DNA of 32,000 nucleotides from Mycolicibacterium smegmatis (GTDB taxonomy: Bacteria; Actinomycetota; Actinomycetes; Mycobacteriales; Mycobacteriaceae), in the NCBI RefSeq assembly GCF_001457595.1, contig NZ_LN831039.1, positions 2,940,001 to 2,972,000 on the forward strand, read 5' to 3'. This document shows, in pieces, positions 31,965 through 32,000 of this stretch; within the stretch, counting starts at the first letter, position 1; each line of letters begins with the position of its first letter. The notes beneath the pieces were generated by a model. The model had not been told where the DNA came from and searched no databases. It saw only the letters and a program-made list of their open reading frames with translations. Made by a program: the position numbers and the translations under genes.

Positions 31965-32000
31965 CGCCGAAAGCGATTTGTTCCGGCGGGTTTCGGTGTC

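Noticed and set aside
1-32000. Scan for CRISPR arrays, rRNA, integrase/recombinase genes, restriction-modification, retron/reverse transcriptase, and toxin-antitoxin pairs of known families
   Set aside because: I saw no regularly spaced direct repeats and no recognisable signature motifs for these classes in any frame. The only repeats are the IS pair, the 81-bp-period duplication and short coding repeats.

Overview
High-GC actinobacterial chromosome; the gene content and the tRNA Gly-Cys-Val / Val arrangement look Mycobacteriaceae-like, but that is an inference. The window has three parts.

(1) Left core, 1-2598: a partial fatty-acid-hydroxylase/sterol-desaturase-family gene (minus strand) and a HisKA_3 sensor kinase plus NarL/LuxR response regulator pair.

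(2) Accessory stretch, about 2600-11057, which abuts the 3' end of tRNA-Val(GAC). It reads as a decayed mobile island or prophage remnant. It holds two degraded ORFs, a Cys-rich zinc-ribbon protein, and a 390-aa protein with a WXG-type N-terminal hairpin and an unassigned C-terminal domain. That protein is translationally coupled to a 98-aa multi-pass membrane protein, which makes the pair a candidate T7SS-style polymorphic toxin/immunity cassette. The stretch also holds a GH19 (lysin/chitinase-like) gene fragment, two diverged IS1380-like elements inserted tail-to-tail that share CTTAG target duplications, a low-GC orphan membrane protein and a small Cys-rich ORF. I saw no integrase.

(3) Right core, 11058-32000:
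- four tRNAs, a 2-copy 81-bp-period repeat and a clean intrinsic terminator;
- a Dpp/Opp-type ABC importer operon with a fused permease-ATPase, followed by three uncharacterised genes, two of them tandem paralogues;
- a molybdopterin oxidoreductase lacking the N-terminal Fe-S cysteine motif, plus a small partner ORF;
- Tex;
- a long minus-strand operon: ABC permease, double ATPase, three tandem LLM flavin monooxygenases and a DedA/TVP38 protein.

I found no CRISPR array, rRNA, or recognisable canonical defence-system genes. The best candidate for a novel system is the toxin/immunity-like cassette at 4232-5697 and its decayed island context. All family assignments rest on motif recognition by eye and need HMM/BLAST confirmation.
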